From an uncultured Lachnospiraceae bacterium (GTDB lineage: Bacteria > Bacillota > Clostridia > Lachnospirales > Lachnospiraceae): a stretch of 64,000 bases of DNA. Position 1 is the stretch's first letter. The number at the start of each line of letters is the position of its first letter. The notes beneath the pieces were generated by a model. The model made no database searches. It saw nothing but the letters and a program-made list of their open reading frames with translations, and was not told the DNA's origin. The stretch spans positions 1 to 64,000 of the forward strand of contig CAMWQW010000006.1 in NCBI GenBank assembly GCA_947176505.1, in the 5' to 3' direction. Positions 58,245 to 64,000 of this stretch are shown here, piece after piece. Both the position numbers and the translations under genes were made by a program.

Positions 58245-59726
58245 TCACTGATTCATATTGGTAATGGTGGCAAGTCTGTGCACTTCGTCATTGTCTTCAA
58301 AGTTGCTTTCCGTAAAATGCTTCGCCGCTCCGGTCTGATAAACTGTAATTTCTACATCATAAATAATATTTGTTACTTTATCACTTGTCGTATTTCCCGA
58401 AAAAGTACACTGGTTCACATTGTGGGAAATATTCGCATTATATGTATAAAGCACTCCGCTGATTAAGTCTCTCTCTCCCGTAGCCTGATTTTTAATCATA
58501 TTGGTATCCGCATTGGTTCTGAAAGTCAGATTGCCATCCATCGAAGTATCCGCCCCAACATCGACAAGCGCGCGGTAGGCGGTCTCCTTCGCCCATAGCT
58601 CGGCATCCGTCAAATCAGGTGCAATCACATTCGCATCCACATCGACTACCGACCGTATCTGCTTCGCCAGCGTGATGCTTTTCAATAACGGTTGTTCTTT
58701 ATCGCACAGTTTTGCAGCATCCTTAATCTTAAATTGTATGTTGTCTACTAAGCCTGATTTGTAAATAGGGTAGTAAAAAAGATAAAAATTACCGCTTGAA
58801 AAAGTGCGGGTGACATCGACTACCTTGCCGCCCTCCGAACCGTCATATCCGTTGCTTGTGTAAGTATAGGTAGTCTCGCCGTATGTGTAACTACAGTCAT
58901 ATGTAAAATTAATTGTAGCTTTACACCGATCATTGCCGCCGTCTTCCAGTACAATTTCTATCGTCCTCTTTGTGACAATATCTTCTAATTTCAAATCGTC
59001 CCAATCATCCGGAAGCGTTCCGCCAACTGCCGCAATATCATCTGCAATCTGCAGCTTTACATCTTTTAAGACGGCTTCGCTTAATTTCTTGCTTTCATGA
59101 TAACTGCTGTCCGTCTTCATTGCATCCTCGTCACCACCGCCGTTTATTTCAGCTACGCTTCCGATTTCGGCGTAGAACTTGCCGTTAAACTCTCTGTCAT
59201 GTACACCCCCGGGGTTATTGACTGTCCCGCTGGCATCTATCTTTTTTGAATTAGCACCGTAAGTAGATGCGTCCAATCTAATCAGCGCATCGTACTCCGC
59301 GCCCTGCATCTTGAGATTCTCAATGCCGAAATAATATATTTCGTCACCCTCTACATGTCCGTCCATGTCTTCCGTCAAGTCTCTGACACCGCCCTGAATC
59401 ATGCTGCTATTCACAATATAGAAGCCATCCGACGGGTAGTGGAAAACGTCTCCGCTTACACCTTCCGGCGGTTCAAACTGCGCACTCACTTCCTCCAGCG
59501 TATATGCCTTGAGTCCCTCCATGATATCCTGTGCTACCGTAGTCGCACGCAGTGTCTGTCTGGACTTCACATTGATTCTTGTGGATGTGACAAACATATG
59601 TAACAGCGGTGCAACGATAATCGCAAGAATCGTCACCGCAATCAACAGCTCAACCAAGGAAAAACCTGCGTTTGGGTTCTTTCTATATGCTTTATTCAGT
59701 TGCCCTTTTTGCGTACTACTATTCAT
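58245..59726 (-). CDS. minor pilin, PilV/PilW-like (493 aa)
   Basis: 20-aa leader, then NAG|FSLVELLIAVTILAIIVAPLL prepilin motif. Confidence 0.6.
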   Translation of the reverse strand: MNSSTQKGQLNKAYRKNPNAGFSLVELLIAVTILAIIVAPLLHMFVTSTRINVKSRQTLRATTVAQDIMEGLKAYTLEEVSAQFEPPEGVSGDVFHYPSDGFYIVNSSMIQGGVRDLTEDMDGHVEGDEIYYFGIENLKMQGAEYDALIRLDASTYGANSKKIDASGTVNNPGGVHDREFNGKFYAEIGSVAEINGGGDEDAMKTDSSYHESKKLSEAVLKDVKLQIADDIAAVGGTLPDDWDDLKLEDIVTKRTIEIVLEDGGNDRCKATINFTYDCSYTYGETTYTYTSNGYDGSEGGKVVDVTRTFSSGNFYLFYYPIYKSGLVDNIQFKIKDAAKLCDKEQPLLKSITLAKQIRSVVDVDANVIAPDLTDAELWAKETAYRALVDVGADTSMDGNLTFRTNADTNMIKNQATGERDLISGVLYTYNANISHNVNQCTFSGNTTSDKVTNIIYDVEITVYQTGAAKHFTESNFEDNDEVHRLATITNMNQ

Positions 59727-59812
59727 AAATTTCTCCGCCGCCTCGCTGTCTCTCTGCGCTTACTCTGCTTACACCTGATCGGTATTCCTCTTTCTCCTCT
59801 TCCGCCACTACT

Positions 59813-60655
59813 TTAATCTTCCTCGTCCTCGTCTTCTTCATCGCCGTCTTCGGCTGCATCATTATTCTCTATATCTTCCAGTCCGCGCTCACCGTAGAGT
59901 TCTATGGAGCCAAAGATATTATCCGTGCCTAACAGAACAGAGGAAAAGTTCGGTACCACATATTCCTTGCCCGGCTGTCCCGGAATACAGTACATGTCAA
60001 CACTGGTCGTGCCCGTGAGAAGTCCCGTAGACTCGTCATATGATACCGTTAGGTTATCGATACTCATTCTGTTATCCTGAACACTAATATTTTTAATACC
60101 TCTTTTTAATCCCTCATAGGACACAAGGTAATTAAACGTCACATTACGCGCCATCAGTATAGACGGCATGTTCTCTGTACCCAGTCCGTTGCCGCTTGGG
60201 TCCGCCGCAGAAGCTGAAACATCGTCGCTGATGCCCTCCTGTGCCTCATACTCCTCTATCTCATCAATCTCGTAAGTATGACTCACATCTTCTTCCTCGC
60301 TCTGCAGAACAACCGGCTCGCATGCACTGATACTGATACTGCTGATTAACATCGGAGAAATCAATTCCTGACTGATGGCGAGCAGAATACTGTCTTCCTC
60401 TCTGACATCTATCGGAAATTCCTTGAAAATCGCATCCATTTCCCGATTCATGCTCTCCGTCTCCGCAATATAAGAATCTTTATTCTCCATCTTGGAACTC
60501 AGGTCATTAATTCTTGCCTGAAGCTGCACATTCTCCTGTTCCAAAGCGTCAGCTTTCTCCATCGTCGGCTGAAATACAAAGAAATAGGAGCAGACTGCCG
60601 CCAAAATCCCAATAAAGCCTACAAGGAGTAATATATCTCTTTTAGAAACTTTCAT
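59813..60655 (-). CDS. pilO: type IV pilus assembly protein PilO-like
   Basis: 280 aa; single N-terminal TM then a coiled coil (ADALEQENVQLQARINDLSSKMEN); acidic C-terminal tail. Confidence 0.55.
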   Translation of the reverse strand: MKVSKRDILLLVGFIGILAAVCSYFFVFQPTMEKADALEQENVQLQARINDLSSKMENKDSYIAETESMNREMDAIFKEFPIDVREEDSILLAISQELISPMLISSISISACEPVVLQSEEEDVSHTYEIDEIEEYEAQEGISDDVSASAADPSGNGLGTENMPSILMARNVTFNYLVSYEGLKRGIKNISVQDNRMSIDNLTVSYDESTGLLTGTTSVDMYCIPGQPGKEYVVPNFSSVLLGTDNIFGSIELYGERGLEDIENNDAAEDGDEEDEDEED

Positions 60656-60667
60656 GCTCTCATCCCC

Positions 60668-62308
60668 CTACTCTTCCGTGTTTGATGCACTGTCTGCATC
60701 CGCCTCATCATCCGTATCACTCAAGGAAGGCGCATGTACATCCCTGTAGAGTGCCGCCACTGAGAAGTTCACGGAGATTGTTCCTGCTTCCTCGTCAATC
60801 TCCTCCACTACGGAATTGACCGTCACGCTGGTTGGAATCAAGCTGTCAAAAGAACGGAGCTGTTCGACGGCTGCCGCCGCTTCACTCTTGCTGCTCACAT
60901 CCATATTAATCGCTACACCGTCTATCGTACTTGTAAAAGAAACTACATGGACATCACTGGGCATTTTGCTCTCAAGCTCTTCCAGAAATTCTACAAGTTC
61001 TTCGTTCCTGTTTTCCGTCTGTCCATACATCGCCGTCACTAAATTATAAGATGCCAACGTCGCTGTATATTCATTATAAATAGGAATAATCGCTTCCAGA
61101 TCGGAATTCTGCGCTTTTAACTCCATATTCTGCTTCTCTAATCCCATATACCGCAGAATGGAAACTGCCGCCAGCGCAATTGCTATGGCAAGTCCCAAGC
61201 CCAAAATCGCATAAGCAATCGGCGCAGGATTGATTCCGCCTTTTCCGCCTGCTGCCTTGTCTTTACCTTTTGCCTTCTCTGCGTCTTTCTTGAATCCTAG
61301 CGGAGCCGCAGCCGCACCTACGCTGGCAACATATTCACCATAATACTGTGTTCTGAAACTTTTCTCCAGATTCCATCCCGGTATCTGACGCAATACCTCG
61401 ACCGGAAGGTTCAAATCTCTCGCAAGCAGTTCCGCCAAACCTTTAATATTGGCGCCAAGACCTGTAATATAGACAACCTCGACAGATGCATCCGAGTTAT
61501 GAGATGTATAGTAATCCACAACCCTGCTGATGCCTGATGTGAGCGGCGCAATCGCTTCTACCATCTCGGGTGAACCGATACAGTCATTCATCGACACCAC
61601 TTCCATTGCCGCCTGAACTGAATCAGCTTCAGCCCATCTCTTGGAATCTATGACTGTTTGTATCGCTTCCTCCGCACCGTATGCCACATTTCTAACAAAT
61701 GCAAGTCTGGCATCATGAATCGCCATCACAAGCGAAGAACGTTCATCAATCTTAATCACAAGGCTCGTGCCCTGTGCATGTTTATCTTTTGCCACCTGAA
61801 ATACACTGTTGCCGGCGTAATCGATTGCGGCAAGTTCCAGCTTCAATGCTTTTGCCAAATCATAATATCCGTTAAGGAGCGCACTCGGCGCCGCCAATAC
61901 AAGCAGTTTATACTGCTGCGTACCTTTTGGATCACCCAAAACTCCCAAAATGCTGTATGCAAGCTGATACTGACTTAAATCTACAGGAAAATAATCGGAG
62001 GCATTGGCATTCACCACATCCGCAATACGATTCTCCTTCACATACGGAATCGTGACCTCGCGACTCGCAATCCTTCCTGAAGTGATGGTAAACACCACCT
62101 GTTTTGTCTTAATCTTTCTCTCTGTAAGCGCGGTAGTTAACGTCTCTATGTATTCCGGCGTCGGCGTAAGCACACCGTCATTGATAACCCCTTCCGCAGT
62201 CGGTATCGTAAAAGATCTGTATACCTTATGTGTTTTAGCCTTATAATCAACCTCGCAGACCCTTGTCAACGAGTATCCGATCTCTATACTGATCGCTTTA
62301 GCAGCCAT
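60668..62308 (-). CDS. pilMN: PilM-PilN fusion protein
   Basis: 546 aa; N-terminal actin-like PilM (ISIEIGYSLTRVCEV...), a TM segment (IAYAILGLGLAIAIALAAVSIL), and a C-terminal PilN-like region. Confidence 0.7.
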   Translation of the reverse strand: MAAKAISIEIGYSLTRVCEVDYKAKTHKVYRSFTIPTAEGVINDGVLTPTPEYIETLTTALTERKIKTKQVVFTITSGRIASREVTIPYVKENRIADVVNANASDYFPVDLSQYQLAYSILGVLGDPKGTQQYKLLVLAAPSALLNGYYDLAKALKLELAAIDYAGNSVFQVAKDKHAQGTSLVIKIDERSSLVMAIHDARLAFVRNVAYGAEEAIQTVIDSKRWAEADSVQAAMEVVSMNDCIGSPEMVEAIAPLTSGISRVVDYYTSHNSDASVEVVYITGLGANIKGLAELLARDLNLPVEVLRQIPGWNLEKSFRTQYYGEYVASVGAAAAPLGFKKDAEKAKGKDKAAGGKGGINPAPIAYAILGLGLAIAIALAAVSILRYMGLEKQNMELKAQNSDLEAIIPIYNEYTATLASYNLVTAMYGQTENRNEELVEFLEELESKMPSDVHVVSFTSTIDGVAINMDVSSKSEAAAAVEQLRSFDSLIPTSVTVNSVVEEIDEEAGTISVNFSVAALYRDVHAPSLSDTDDEADADSASNTEE

Positions 62309-62486
62309 TAATCATAGTCTCCTTTCGACTTCCCCAGTGTATTTATATTGAAAAAAACAGATAGGCTTGCCCCGCACATGCTTTTCTTATTTTCTTCCGT
62401 AAAGTTTGTTTCTGTACGCATTTGCACTTTTATTAAGCCACATATGTTATTGTTGAACGCATTATATTCTTACATACAAGTCGGTC

Positions 62487-63239
62487 TCAGAACTGTCCCA
62501 AATACCATGTAAGCATCTGATTGCCCCACATCGCTGCAATAAAAACGCCTGCTGAAAGATATGGTCCCATTGCAAGCACATGGTCTTCATTACTCACCTT
62601 CATGCGAATCACATGAATGAATGCACCTAAAATGCAGCCTAATAAAAATGCAATAATAATCAGTTTCCATCCAAGAAATAATCCGCAGGCTGCCATCAGC
62701 TTCACATCACCACCACCGATTGCCCGTCCTTTGGAGGCATAATATAAAATTGCAAGTACCGCACTGACGGCTAAGAAGCCAATCAGGTAGCTAAGGATAT
62801 GATGATAGTCCAATGCTGCCCGAATCAGCCCCAGCGCCAGTATAAACAGATTGATTCCAAATGGAATCTCATAAGTTCTAAAATCAATCACGCTCAGTAC
62901 AAGGAGCGCAGACACAAGTAAACAGTAGAGTAGGGAGTCTACGTTTACCCCATGAATACATACGATCATCACGTATAAGATTCCGTTCACTGCCTCAATC
63001 AGAGGATACTGGACGGAGAGCTTTGCCCCACAAAAGCGGCATTTTCCTCGCAAAAACAAATAACTGAACAGTGGAAACATATCATACCACTTCAGTTGTT
63101 TGCCACACGACATACAGTGCGACCTTGTCTTCACGATATCTTCATGCTCCGGAATACGGTAAACGCAAACGTTTAAGAAGCTGCCGATTACGATTCCGAA
63201 GAAAAATATAATGATGTAAAATATAATGTCTACGAGCAT
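62487..63239 (-). CDS. pilD: prepilin peptidase (A24 family) PilD
   Basis: 250 aa; N-terminal Cys-rich zinc site (CMSCGKQLKWYD...CRFCGAKL) and polytopic TM. Confidence 0.9.
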   Translation of the reverse strand: MLVDIIFYIIIFFFGIVIGSFLNVCVYRIPEHEDIVKTRSHCMSCGKQLKWYDMFPLFSYLFLRGKCRFCGAKLSVQYPLIEAVNGILYVMIVCIHGVNVDSLLYCLLVSALLVLSVIDFRTYEIPFGINLFILALGLIRAALDYHHILSYLIGFLAVSAVLAILYYASKGRAIGGGDVKLMAACGLFLGWKLIIIAFLLGCILGAFIHVIRMKVSNEDHVLAMGPYLSAGVFIAAMWGNQMLTWYLGQF

Positions 63240-63279
63240 GATTTATGTCCTTTGTAGGGGGAATTTGTTAAAGATTATC

Positions 63280-63342
63280 AAAATGGCGAAACGGAAGACC
63301 GTGCCTTATAGCATTGGAATTGCATGTAGGGGCACGCTTCCG
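63280..63342 (-). terminator. imperfect hairpin plus interrupted U-tract between the pilin gene and pilD (partial terminator or attenuator)
   Basis: cggaagCGTGCC...GGCACGgtcttccg inverted repeat, followed on the minus strand by UUUCGCCAUUUUG. Confidence 0.35.
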
Positions 63343-63420
63343 TTCGTCTAAATTATGTCACACTTATGTAGGTTTGGTGTGAGTGGTTGATGTTGGCTAG
63401 GCTAACATCAGGTTCCTGTA

Positions 63421-63879
63421 TTAATTTGTAGCTCCAAGCATTCTATTGCTAAACAGATCAGCCGATGCCTCATTATCCGCACTATACTGGAAATTAAGAT
63501 TACCATTATTAACAGTCCATGTAATAGTATAGTCTTCCCAGTTTGTTCTGCTCTGTCTTCTTGTATGCAATACACCACTAGCATCTAACAGACCTGCATC
63601 AGCCAAAGCTGCTGCTGCAAAACTACCAGTAGCAGGTGTCTGGTCAGCTGTACCAATTGTTATTGACCCAGCAGCTGGTGCTACCGTCGAATCAGGATCA
63701 GCTGCATAAATCTGTAATGCTGATACAATTTCAGCCGCATTCTGCAAATCTGTCGAATTACGGGATCTCTCCACATACTTTAAGTACTGAGGTGCAAGTA
63801 CTACAAGCAAGATAGCCATAATCGCAATAACGATGATCAACTCAACAAGGGAAAAACCTTTGTTATTCATTTTTTTCAT
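63421..63879 (-). CDS. pilA: type IV (major) pilin
   Basis: MKKMNNKG|FSLVELIIVIAIMAILLVVLAPQYLKYVERSRN prepilin motif; 152 aa; AAGGAGAAAG RBS. Start moved from the track's 63957. Confidence 0.75.
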   Translation of the reverse strand: MKKMNNKGFSLVELIIVIAIMAILLVVLAPQYLKYVERSRNSTDLQNAAEIVSALQIYAADPDSTVAPAAGSITIGTADQTPATGSFAAAALADAGLLDASGVLHTRRQSRTNWEDYTITWTVNNGNLNFQYSADNEASADLFSNRMLGATN

Positions 63880-64000
63880 TTCTCTTTCTCCTTTTCCGCT
63901 TAAATTTATTATGATTGTTCCGGATATTCCCTGATACCCGTATCTTAAACACGGCAACTCCCCTACACACTGCCATGTTCAATTCTTATATACCGCCAGC

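Noticed and set aside
62351-62380. Terminator between pilD and pilMN
   Set aside because: A T7 run is present on the minus strand but I could not find a convincing complementary stem upstream of it.
63880-64000. Possible c-di-GMP-II riboswitch or promoter upstream of the pilin gene
   Set aside because: Only about 120 nt of leader are inside the window and no conserved riboswitch core is visible. It cannot be assessed without upstream sequence.
1-64000. IS elements, integrases, tRNA or rRNA genes
   Set aside because: No transposase-like or integrase-like ORF and no tRNA or rRNA-like conserved segments were seen. The only mobile-like signature is the 36-bp direct repeat pair reported above.

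Overview
This reads as a Firmicutes chromosome segment, probably Clostridia or Lachnospiraceae by gene content and synteny, and every gene I can support is on the minus strand. In transcription order (high to low coordinates) it holds: (1) a type IV pilus-like locus at 46.1-63.9 kb. This has a pilin, a PilD peptidase, a PilM-PilN fusion, PilO and four more prepilin-type proteins of 493, 896, 180 and 1074 aa. It ends in an 1811-aa membrane-anchored low-complexity ORF and carries no assembly ATPase or platform gene inside the window. (2) An ~0.8 kb degenerate PIN-type toxin-antitoxin-like cassette bracketed by a 36-bp perfect direct repeat that also looks like the pilus-operon terminator. (3) topA and codY, each with a recognisable sigma-A promoter. 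(4) A complete Bacillus-type fla/che operon from flgB to cheD-sigD, about 32 kb and 40 genes. It includes the Clostridial extras flbD, a TIGR02530-like small protein, a YlxF-like protein, flhF/flhG and a PilZ gene, with a consensus-like sigma-28 promoter before fliK. (5) A post-sigD module of a FapA-like gene, a small basic protein, a membrane coiled-coil protein with a C-terminal HTH, and a YceG-like acidic membrane protein. (6) rpsB and tsf. (7) The 5' 3 kb of a secreted GH73-like cell-wall hydrolase gene with SH3b, Big_2 and tandem-repeat regions. The ORF track omits this last gene because it has no in-window stop. I found no rRNA, tRNA, CRISPR or IS element. The ORF track uses GTG/TTG as starts, so I moved several starts to the RBS-supported ATG by arithmetic from the track; hand-indexed coordinates of small motifs may be off by 1-2 nt. 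The most unusual content is the pilus-like locus with giant prepilin-type proteins and the 1811-aa giant ORF.
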